Of a DNA stretch of 64,000 bases, positions 55,140-64,000 are shown piece after piece. Source of the stretch: Flectonema sp. DT1601 (taxonomy: Eukaryota); contig OZ025780.1 in NCBI GenBank assembly GCA_964019425.1, positions 310,001 through 374,000 of the forward strand. Reading direction: 5' to 3'. The notes under the pieces are model-generated. The model searched no databases and had not been told where the DNA came from. It worked only from the letters and a program-made list of their open reading frames with translations. The translations under genes and the position numbers were made by a program. Each line of letters opens with the position of its first letter. Position 1 is the stretch's first letter.

Positions 55140-56180
55140 TCAGGATATTGCGTGTTTTAGTTCGGTGGTCTTGCTTTGAATTTGAAGGCTGATGTTTTCC
55201 ATACGAAGTTCTAATACTTCTCTTTTTTGAAATTGAAGCTGCGACTCTACATCATGCACTTTCTTCTCCAGGAGTTTGACTCGAAGAGTTTTCTTTTCAT
55301 CTTTGCTACCACTCACCTCCGCGAAGGGTTCTGGCATGGCGAAGCTCTCAAGTTGCCTGGCTGTTGAAGCCATCTGCTCAGCTAGTTGTTGAATTTGTAA
55401 TTTAATAAGTTGAATTTGAATTTCAAAAGCAGAAGATTCCTCAGTCACATCAGCGCCTATCTCATGAGAAGTTTTTATAGTTCTGGTCGGCTGCTTAGGT
55501 ACTACCGGAGATGGAGTTGAAGCTGGTTTTTGTACTTCAGTTTTTTTAATTAAGTCAGTAATGGAATCATTCATTTGTTCAACCATATCGTAAGGGTCTA
55601 ACGGTGTCTTTGATACGGGAGGCGGGGTGGAGTTTACCTTTGGTGGTGTTGGTGTTGGTGTTGGTGTTGGTGTTGGTGTTGGTGTTGGTGTTGGTGTTGG
55701 TGTAGACGTATTACTTTCTTTATTAGTTAGTTCAGCAATCCTCGCATCAACAGCAGCCACACGTCGTCGTTCACCTTCTCTCATCTCTACTGATTTTCTA
55801 TATTTCTCACGTATCATTTCCTTCATAATATCATTACCCTCATTCACAGCCATCTCTTCAGCTGTTTTCATGGTTGCTATTTCCATTGCGTTTGGTAAGG
55901 GAGGAACGTCCATCGGGAACATATTTTCCATCGTAGATCCAATCTTTGAGTGTTCAATCACATCTGCCTCTAATCCTTCCAAGTGAGAGCAGTCAGTACC
56001 AATGCCTGTATCACCTCCTAGAACTGCTCCCATATTGCAAGGGTCTTTTATGTCACTCATGGCTTTCATTTGAGTAATGTCGTCAACGATGGTATTCATT
56101 CCCCCTAACATAGCAGCCATCCCAGCAGGGTCTGCTTGCCTTGATAAAATTCGTGAAGCCGTAAACAAATTCCTCATCAT
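55140..56180 (-). CDS. Hypothetical coiled-coil protein with (TP)n linker, possibly mitochondrion-targeted
   Basis: 346-aa ORF; N-terminus MMRNLFTASRILSR resembles a transit peptide; the (ggtgtt)n microsatellite encodes TP repeats. Confidence 0.7.
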   Translation of the reverse strand: MMRNLFTASRILSRQADPAGMAAMLGGMNTIVDDITQMKAMSDIKDPCNMGAVLGGDTGIGTDCSHLEGLEADVIEHSKIGSTMENMFPMDVPPLPNAMEIATMKTAEEMAVNEGNDIMKEMIREKYRKSVEMREGERRRVAAVDARIAELTNKESNTSTPTPTPTPTPTPTPTPTPTPPKVNSTPPPVSKTPLDPYDMVEQMNDSITDLIKKTEVQKPASTPSPVVPKQPTRTIKTSHEIGADVTEESSAFEIQIQLIKLQIQQLAEQMASTARQLESFAMPEPFAEVSGSKDEKKTLRVKLLEKKVHDVESQLQFQKREVLELRMENISLQIQSKTTELKHAIS

Positions 56181-56942
56181 TGTTGTAGTTTAATTATAAT
56201 ATAATCTGTTGTACACAAAAAATTAAAAATAAAATAAAATTGTTTTTTTTTTTTTTTTTTTTTTGACATATCTCCTCGGGAGTGTATATTTTTTTTTTTT
56301 TTTTTGATAAATTCAGAGAGAGACATCGTATCAAAAAAAGGAACGCAGACTACATTAGCACGCCTAAGACACACAATACACGAATATAACATTTTCTCAA
56401 ATACGATGCACAACACGGGGGGAAAAAAAAAAAAAACAGAAGTCAGCATTGACCTCTCCGTCACTGGTGGAATGACGAAAAAATGAGGGGATTTATAAGA
56501 TTGCTATAAAGTGACATATTGGAGTTGATTTCATTTTTTTTCCCGATTATTTCTTGTTTGAAAACAAATTGAAATAAATAATAACTCCCCCGTTACATGC
56601 AGCTTGAAGTCTACTGGTGTTGTAGAAGCTATTACATGGTCTCTGAACATTTATCGATCAAAAAGAACAGAAAAATAAAAGAAATCACCCACTCGGAGTA
56701 TGCTGTTTTATCATCGACGTTAGTATATTGGAACGAGAGAAAAAAAAAAAAAGAGGAGAAGAGAGAAGGAAAACAACGAAAAACAATTGGAACAAAAGAC
56801 ATTTAAAAAAAAATGCTTCAAATCTTGAGAACCTGGTATGTCAGATACGACTATTGTGGTTTCTTTTACATGAGAAGTGAAGCAGTGATGAGTTAATCGG
56901 TTTTCTCTCCTTTTCCATTCAGAATATATTTTCTTCATTTAT

Positions 56943-58196
56943 TTAATTAATTTGTTTGATAGTGAAGAATCTACTGTCATGGGAAGCAATACCATCAACT
57001 GGGTAGCTACCAGTCATGTTACCAATGTCAGAATGAGTCCACACATCACGCATTGAGACTACAGCTCCCTCAGGAAAACCAACTGTTTCAAACCCGACAA
57101 CAGCAGATTGAACTTCATACGAGTTGCTCATAACAAGGACAGCAATCTCAAGTGGAGACACAGAGATTGTTTTTCCCCAAATCTGAACTGCCTCTCCAAG
57201 AAGTCCTCCAAACTCGCTAATCAATCTTCCAGGGTGACCAGTCCATGCTTGGTTTACTCTGATAGCTTCAGTGTTACTAATTATGTCCCAAATCTTATCA
57301 TTTAACTTTTCATCTGTCACGTCATGACCCAATATAAGAGGAGATGATACAATACACCAGGCACCGAAGTGAGTTCTGTCTTCACTGAGGGTTGCAAGTC
57401 TTCCAACTTGTAACATATCAGGGTAGGCCCATGATCCTGGTCTTGATAAGGCGAGACGTGTAAGGTATGGTCTGGTTGATTGAAGATTAAACCAGATTGA
57501 TTCCCAGTATGGTTTGATATCCTTAGAGCTTCTGAAAAAGTTGTATGGGCAGTTGGATGGCATCGTTAGTCCACTGCAAGGACCATCACCGAATGGCTGA
57601 CCTGGAACGGTATCACCCCAGTGACAGTTCTCAATCATAACTGGTCTTTTTGTTTCATTTAGAAGTTGTGCCCACCATGTGAGGTTACGAAATTCTCCAC
57701 AACCATCCAACTTCACTCCATCAAATTCCGCTTCCACGATGGCAGCTACCGACCTCTCCATGTGTTTGGCGATGTAATTCTTGTCAGTGAACTGTTTTTC
57801 TCTGCAAATGCAGTTGTTCATGTACCAGCCTACCTTCAACGACTTATCATGTCCGTACTTAACCATGCCTTTCATTGATGGAAAGGTTTTATTGTTTACT
57901 AAAGGATGGCCTTCAGAGTCGTGAAATGATCCGTTGATTCCTTTATTGCATGCTTGCCAGTTGTCATCAAGTCCGACAGAAATGTATCCGAGATCGGCAA
58001 GGGACGTTACCTTGTTGTCCCAAGTCTTTCTAGTTTTTTCGACCATCTTATCCATTACTTGTTCCATCAATGTTTGGTTTACATGAGCTCCATAGCAATT
58101 CCACGATCTCCATCCCATTGGAGGAGTCAATCCATAACCATTATCAATCGCCTCTACTGTAGACAACAGTGATACAGCAAGAGCAAGACTCTTCAT
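56943..58196 (-). CDS. GH27 alpha-galactosidase, secreted (divergent paralogue)
   Basis: IDNGYGLTPPMGWRSWN, LDDNWQ, DGVKLDGC, YPDMLQVG and SSPLILG; signal peptide. Confidence 0.95.
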   Translation of the reverse strand: MKSLALAVSLLSTVEAIDNGYGLTPPMGWRSWNCYGAHVNQTLMEQVMDKMVEKTRKTWDNKVTSLADLGYISVGLDDNWQACNKGINGSFHDSEGHPLVNNKTFPSMKGMVKYGHDKSLKVGWYMNNCICREKQFTDKNYIAKHMERSVAAIVEAEFDGVKLDGCGEFRNLTWWAQLLNETKRPVMIENCHWGDTVPGQPFGDGPCSGLTMPSNCPYNFFRSSKDIKPYWESIWFNLQSTRPYLTRLALSRPGSWAYPDMLQVGRLATLSEDRTHFGAWCIVSSPLILGHDVTDEKLNDKIWDIISNTEAIRVNQAWTGHPGRLISEFGGLLGEAVQIWGKTISVSPLEIAVLVMSNSYEVQSAVVGFETVGFPEGAVVSMRDVWTHSDIGNMTGSYPVDGIASHDSRFFTIKQIN

Positions 58197-59330
58197 GTTT
58201 AAAAAAAAGTTTTATACGAAGTCTGGAAGAAAAAAAAAGAATAGAATGGTAAACACGCAAATACCCTCTTAAAAGGGAAGCACGATATATATAAAGAGTT
58301 GAGGTGATTTGCTACACTTGTTAAAAAGATTCACCGATGAGATCGAGGTGAAGGACATCTGTGTTGGAATTCAACTGCTGTGAAAGACTCAACGAGAATA
58401 CGAAATATTGTAGAGAGACGACTGAGGTAGAAGTGAAACTTCTCCCTCTGTCGTCTTTCTACAATATTCCCGTCTTCATTTGATGATACTTTTTTTTTTT
58501 TATCGTTTTCGTGTATCAGAGGAGACATTCGAAATTACATAAGTTTCGATAAGTAAACGTTGATAGAAATGAAAAAAAAAATAAATGAACTTTCTAAAGT
58601 CCTCCTTTTTTTTTTCAAATCCCAAATTCAATGCATGAATAAAAAAAATAAAAAAGAAAAAAGAAAGAAAACGTTAACGAATAGACACGAACGCTACCTC
58701 CACAGCAGCAGATCAATTCATTTTGATTGGATTTGGTCAAACGTGTGTGGAGACAGGAAAAAAAAAAAGAAATTTTTAAAAAAAAAAAAAAAAAGCGAAA
58801 TAGATACATAAATAGATAAAGAAGTCCAATACATTGCGTACTGCTCATCGCTGATACAGCAAATTATGTATCGAGTTAACTCCTTAGAACTACGGGGCAA
58901 TGGCAACGTAAGTAGACGTAAGAAGTCAACGTACGTGGACACAATCATATTAAGAGTACTGTGGTATAGCTTCAGCTGACGGGTCCATTGTCAGCTTTCC
59001 ACCTTGTTCGATTGTTGTCAGGAAATGATTTGAGGATAACTATAGAGAAAAAAAAGTTTTATGTATAAAAAAATAAATTGTTTACACTGGGGGCCGGGTG
59101 TGAAGATAATGTCCCTTTGAAGATAAAAAAAAAAAAAAATGAATAACAGTGAGAGATTCATTAACCCCTCGGTAGCTTTACTAACATTACAATCATCACT
59201 GGCAACAGACGATAGATTTCACTAAAAATAACGCTCTCCATAATAGTTAGTAATCAGAACACCAGAATACTAATTAAACGTTAAGTGTACATCAGGGATC
59301 GAATGAAAGAATTAAATAAAAGGTTGACAA

Positions 59331-60554
59331 CTATTGTTGTTTTGGTTTCAGAAGATAGAATTTACTGTCGTGAGTTTGAAGTTTTGAAATTTGGATTTTA
59401 TCCGTCGCGTCAGGAGCATCCTCGTGTTCCCAAATATCTCTAACAGAAACAGTACCCGACATCCCAATATCAGACAAGTTAACTTCAACATCAACATCAC
59501 CACCGCTGTTGCTGAGAACGAGAACTGCTTGAGCTCCACCAGTCTGAACCTTGGCCCAGATTTGCCAGTCTCCTCCATCTTTTACAAGTCTGCCAGGGTG
59601 ACCAGCCCATGCTTGGTTCACTGCAATCGCTTCCTTGTTCGAAATAATCGGCCAGATCTCATTCACTGCTGCCTCGTTATTAACGTCATGACCCAATATA
59701 AGAGGAGATGATACAATACACCAGGCACCGAAGTGAGTTCTGTCTTCTGAGAATGTTGCGAGTCTACCGACTTCCAACATATCAGGGTAGGCCCATGCAC
59801 CAGGTCTTGATAATGGAGGGTTACCTTGGTATGGCTTGGTGGACATTAAGTTATTCATGACACTACCCCAATTAGCTTTAATATCACGAGATGATCTGTA
59901 AATATTGTATGGGCAATTAGATGGCATTGTAGTACCTGAACATGGAGCATCACCAGTAGTCTGACCTGGAACAGTACGTCCTTGGTGACAGTTCTCAATC
60001 ATGACTGATCTACCCGTCTCATTCAGGAGTTGTCCCCACCAAGTTAGGTTGTTAAATTGACCACAGCTGTCTAACTTAACACCATCAAAACCAGCACCAA
60101 CAATCGCCTTCACAGTCTGCTGCATGTGATTGGCGATGTAAGAAGAGTTAGTAAAATGATCTTCTCTACAAATACAGTTGTTTGCATACCAACCAACTTT
60201 AAGACCGAGGGAGTGGCCATGTTCAACCATCCCTTTCATTGAAGGGAAGGTTTTCGTGTTCACGAGAGGATTACCTTGAGAATCGTGAAACGATTTCTTG
60301 TAGCCACTACCACATGCTTGCCAGTTATCATCAAGTCCAACAGCTTCGTATCCCAAATCAGCATACGAGGTAGCCTTGCCATCAACAATTCTCTTCCTTT
60401 CAGCCATCTTGTCCATTACCATTTCCATTAATGTTTGATTGACTCTACCGGCATAGCAATTCCACGACCTCCATCCCATTGGAGGAGTTATTCCATATCC
60501 ATTGTCGATAGCTTGAACTGAAGCTATCACAGAGAGGAATGCAAATGCGCGCAT
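59331..60554 (-). CDS. GH27 alpha-galactosidase, secreted
   Basis: Same motifs (VKLDSC, YPDMLEVG); start MRAFAFL. Confidence 0.95.
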   Translation of the reverse strand: MRAFAFLSVIASVQAIDNGYGITPPMGWRSWNCYAGRVNQTLMEMVMDKMAERKRIVDGKATSYADLGYEAVGLDDNWQACGSGYKKSFHDSQGNPLVNTKTFPSMKGMVEHGHSLGLKVGWYANNCICREDHFTNSSYIANHMQQTVKAIVGAGFDGVKLDSCGQFNNLTWWGQLLNETGRSVMIENCHQGRTVPGQTTGDAPCSGTTMPSNCPYNIYRSSRDIKANWGSVMNNLMSTKPYQGNPPLSRPGAWAYPDMLEVGRLATFSEDRTHFGAWCIVSSPLILGHDVNNEAAVNEIWPIISNKEAIAVNQAWAGHPGRLVKDGGDWQIWAKVQTGGAQAVLVLSNSGGDVDVEVNLSDIGMSGTVSVRDIWEHEDAPDATDKIQISKLQTHDSKFYLLKPKQQ

Positions 60555-61040
60555 GTTTTGGAATAAACTTAGGGAGGGGAACAATTATGTGCAACTTGAG
60601 AATTTGAAGAAAACTACTAAGCAACCGTAAGCATCTCATCTTCTGGGGTACATATCTAGTTTTCGATCTGTTTTAAAATGTGAAGGGGGAATCACCACCG
60701 CACATAAAACACCTTTGCAAGAGGCACACAGGCCGCCCTTCCTCGAATAAGAATCGAAGGGTAAATATTTAAAAAAATAGCTTTCTTACCGACGGGGCAG
60801 GATAGTTAGATGAGGATTCGGTTTTATTCTTTTTATTGTTCTGAAAACGATGCAAGAGAAGAGAAACGACTAAAAGGGTCATTCGCTCACTCCAGAGTTA
60901 GCTGCGTAATTACAGTACACGATAGATTTCACAAAAAATAACGCTCTCCATAATAGTTAGTAATCAGAACACCAGAATACTAATTAAACGTTAAGTGTAC
61001 GTCAGGGATCGAATGAAAGAATTAAATAAAAGGTTGACAA

Positions 61041-62264
61041 CTATTGTTGTTTTGGTTTCAGAAGATAGAATTTACTGTCGTGAGTTTGAAGTTTTGAAAT
61101 TTGGATTTTATCCGTCGCGTCAGGAGCATCCTCGTGTTCCCAAATATCTCTAACAGAAACAGTACCCGACATCCCAATATCAGACAAGTTAACTTCAACA
61201 TCAACATCACCACCGCTGTTGCTGAGAACGAGAACTGCTTGAGCTCCACCAGTCTGAACCTTGGCCCAGATTTGCCAGTCTCCTCCATCTTTTACAAGTC
61301 TGCCAGGGTGACCAGCCCATGCTTGGTTCACTGCAATCGCTTCCTTGTTCGAAATAATCGGCCAGATCTCATTCACTGCTGCCTCGTTATTAACGTCATG
61401 ACCCAATATAAGAGGAGATGATACAATACACCAGGCACCGAAGTGAGTTCTGTCTTCTGAGAATGTTGCTAGTCTACCGACTTCCAACATATCAGGGTAG
61501 GCCCATGCACCAGGTCTTGATAATGGAGGGTTACCTTGGTATGGCTTGGTGGACATTAAGTTATTCATGACACTACCCCAATTAGCTCTAATATCACGAG
61601 ATGATCTGTAAATATTGTATGGGCAATTAGATGGCATTGTAGTACCTGAACATGGAGCATCACCAGTAGTCTGACCTGGAACAGTACGTCCTTGGTGACA
61701 GTTCTCAATCATGACTGATCTACCCGTCTCATTCAGGAGTTGTCCCCACCAAGTTAGGTTGTTAAATTGACCACAGCTGTCTAACTTAACACCATCAAAA
61801 CCAGCACCAACAATCGCCTTCACAGTCTGCTGCATGTGATTGGCGATGTACGATGAGTCGGTGAAGTTGCCCTCTCTACAAATACAGTTGTTTGCATACC
61901 AACCAACTTTAAGACCGAGGGAGTGGCCATGTTCAACCATCCCTTTCATTGAAGGGAAGGTTTTCGTGTTCACGAGAGGATTACCTTGAGAATCGTGAAA
62001 CGATTTCTTGTAGCCACTACCACATGCTTGCCAGTTATCATCAAGTCCAACAGCTTCGTATCCCAAATCAGCATACGAGGTAGCCTTGCCATCAACAATT
62101 CTCTTCCTTTCAGCCATCTTGTCCATTACCATTTCCATTAATGTTTGATTGACTCTACCGGCATAGCAATTCCACGACCTCCATCCCATTGGAGGAGTTA
62201 TTCCATATCCATTGTCGATAGCTTGAACTGAAGCTATCACAGAGAGGAATGCAAATGCGCGCAT
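61041..62264 (-). CDS. GH27 alpha-galactosidase, secreted (recent tandem duplicate, 1710-nt offset)
   Basis: Nearly identical to 59331-60554, including ~120 nt of 3' flank. Confidence 0.95.
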   Translation of the reverse strand: MRAFAFLSVIASVQAIDNGYGITPPMGWRSWNCYAGRVNQTLMEMVMDKMAERKRIVDGKATSYADLGYEAVGLDDNWQACGSGYKKSFHDSQGNPLVNTKTFPSMKGMVEHGHSLGLKVGWYANNCICREGNFTDSSYIANHMQQTVKAIVGAGFDGVKLDSCGQFNNLTWWGQLLNETGRSVMIENCHQGRTVPGQTTGDAPCSGTTMPSNCPYNIYRSSRDIRANWGSVMNNLMSTKPYQGNPPLSRPGAWAYPDMLEVGRLATFSEDRTHFGAWCIVSSPLILGHDVNNEAAVNEIWPIISNKEAIAVNQAWAGHPGRLVKDGGDWQIWAKVQTGGAQAVLVLSNSGGDVDVEVNLSDIGMSGTVSVRDIWEHEDAPDATDKIQISKLQTHDSKFYLLKPKQQ

Positions 62265-62574
62265 GTTTTGGAATGTGTTTGGGATAGGAACTGAAATGGA
62301 AATTGTAAAATACGACTTCATTACATCACACGAAGCAGAGTTAATTGTGAGTAATCCATAAGTGTAACTGTCAAGGGACCTTCCTGTTATGAATAAAATA
62401 CGATGATGGCTTTTCTTCTAAATACTTTTTTTAGTTTTAATTTTTTTTCGCTCGAAGTTTTTTTTTTTTTTTGGTTATTGGTGGTGGGAAAAAATTCAAG
62501 AAAAAAAACAAGCATAAAGGAAGGAAGAAAGAAGATCAAGAAGAAGAAAAAAAAAACGCTAACGGCAACCTTTC

Positions 62575-63999
62575 TTATTTTTTCTGAAGTATATTTGTCA
62601 CAAACTGATCAGCAATTTTCTTGATCATCGGATTACTACTTTGTAAGAAATCATCTCCAACGCTGGTCACACTCGAAAGACCTGACAAGTCAATTGTTGA
62701 AAGCGAATGACAACCACCAATAAATAAATTACCAATAGTCTTCACACTGTTAAGAGATGTTAAGTCCAACTCAGTCAGCGATCTACAATTCGAAAGAAAC
62801 GACGAGCCGATCTCACCGACATTACTAAGACCTGATAAATTGAGACTCGTAAGTGAACTACAATTCATAAGAAACTCATCAGCTATTTTTAAAACTTGTG
62901 TAAAAAACGACAAGTCCAGTGTGGTAAGTGAATGACAACCACCAATAAATAAATTACCAATAGTCTTCACACTGTTAAGACATGTTAAATCCAACTCAGT
63001 CAGCGATCTACAATTCGAAAGAAACGACGAGCCGATTTCACCGACATTACTAAGACCTGATAAATTGAGACTCGTAAGTGAATTACAATTCATAAGAAAC
63101 TCATCAGCTATTTTTAAAACTTGTGTAAAAAACGACAAGTCCAATGTGGTAAGTGAATGACAAGCTAACATAAATCCCTCATTTATTATAACAATGTTCT
63201 TCAAAAAAGAAAGATCTACAGTCGTTATGGAAGCGCATTGTTTAAGAAAATTACTTCCAACAAACTTCACTGTAGCGCAACTGGGAAACTCAATGTCTGT
63301 GGCAGAAGTGCACGCAGCGAGAAAGAAATCTCCAATCTGGTCAAGTTTGTTGAAGCATGATAAGTTTAAACGGTTTACAGATTTACAGTTCGTCATAAAA
63401 GCGAAGTGGATTACTGTTACAGTAGCGAGAGGAGATAAATTGATTTCTGTTAATGACGGACATTGATAAACGAAATAGGAATCAATTTCAGTAACGTTCT
63501 TGAAACACGACAAATCCAACGAAGGAATTGAAGAACAAAGACTCAAAAGATTATGATCTATTTTAGTTACGTCAATTGAAGCAGGCAAGTGTAAATCCGT
63601 TAGAGCTTCACATCCACAGAGAAAACTACTTCCCACAGATGAAAGACTTAAAGACGATAAGTCTAGAGATGTCAACGTTGAATTTCTAATTAAAAATGAT
63701 CTTCCTATTGATGTTACACTTTGTAACCCATTGAGATCAACCTCTGAAACAGATGAACGATCTAGGAAGGAAATTCCAATCGAGGTAATCGCAGGACTCG
63801 GGTTGCAAAATATTATTTTTTTAATATCTTCTGTCAGCCATTCTGAATTAAAAACAACACACCCATCCTCTGCGAAAGTCAGAGTGTTGACACTGATGTC
63901 TTGATTTGGTGAGTGCTCTCGAATGGCAAGAAGTTTTTTCCTTTTCGATTCGTCTGTAAACCACTCCTTTCCAAAGACCTGCGACACAAAAACCATCAA
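62575..63999 (-). CDS. Leucine-rich-repeat protein with 25-aa BspA-like repeats; 5' end may lie outside the window
   Basis: Repeat consensus C.SLT.LDLS.L..V..IG..FL..; the ORF runs to the window edge. Confidence 0.88.
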   Translation of the reverse strand: MMVFVSQVFGKEWFTDESKRKKLLAIREHSPNQDISVNTLTFAEDGCVVFNSEWLTEDIKKIIFCNPSPAITSIGISFLDRSSVSEVDLNGLQSVTSIGRSFLIRNSTLTSLDLSSLSLSSVGSSFLCGCEALTDLHLPASIDVTKIDHNLLSLCSSIPSLDLSCFKNVTEIDSYFVYQCPSLTEINLSPLATVTVIHFAFMTNCKSVNRLNLSCFNKLDQIGDFFLAACTSATDIEFPSCATVKFVGSNFLKQCASITTVDLSFLKNIVIINEGFMLACHSLTTLDLSFFTQVLKIADEFLMNCNSLTSLNLSGLSNVGEIGSSFLSNCRSLTELDLTCLNSVKTIGNLFIGGCHSLTTLDLSFFTQVLKIADEFLMNCSSLTSLNLSGLSNVGEIGSSFLSNCRSLTELDLTSLNSVKTIGNLFIGGCHSLSTIDLSGLSSVTSVGDDFLQSSNPMIKKIADQFVTNILQKK

Positions 64000-64000
64000 C

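Overview
AT-rich eukaryotic nuclear DNA, most consistent with a free-living euglenozoan, probably a diplonemid. This is inferred from three things: all ~25 credible protein genes lie on the minus strand like a directional gene cluster; short GT-AG cis-introns are present; and the LSU rRNA fragment has euglenozoan-type residues. Gene content, left to right: PSP1-C protein, THOC6-like WD40 protein, a 4-copy tandem array of an unknown secreted protein, SGNH hydrolase, P-loop ATPase, degenerate GBP-like coiled-coil protein, SGT co-chaperone, Frizzled-CRD membrane protein, IFT74, TSNAXIP1-like protein, thioredoxin fusion, amastin-like tetraspan, cyclophilin, BCD1-like protein, PDZ-TKL kinase, ubiquitin/ankyrin protein, three GH27 alpha-galactosidases and a 25-aa LRR protein. 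The most unusual items are: (1) a 1.23-kb non-autonomous TIR element (46105-47331, 47-bp TIRs, flanked by poly-A) carrying a rearranged 28S rRNA fragment that begins at the R2/I-PpoI target site, plus tRNA-like Pol III modules; (2) a ubiquitin-like fold split near the classical Nub/Cub junction by a ~390-aa insert; (3) conserved non-coding blocks and 5S-like motifs in the spacers of the tandem array. All calls were made by eye with no database searches. Homopolymer lengths may be assembly artefacts.
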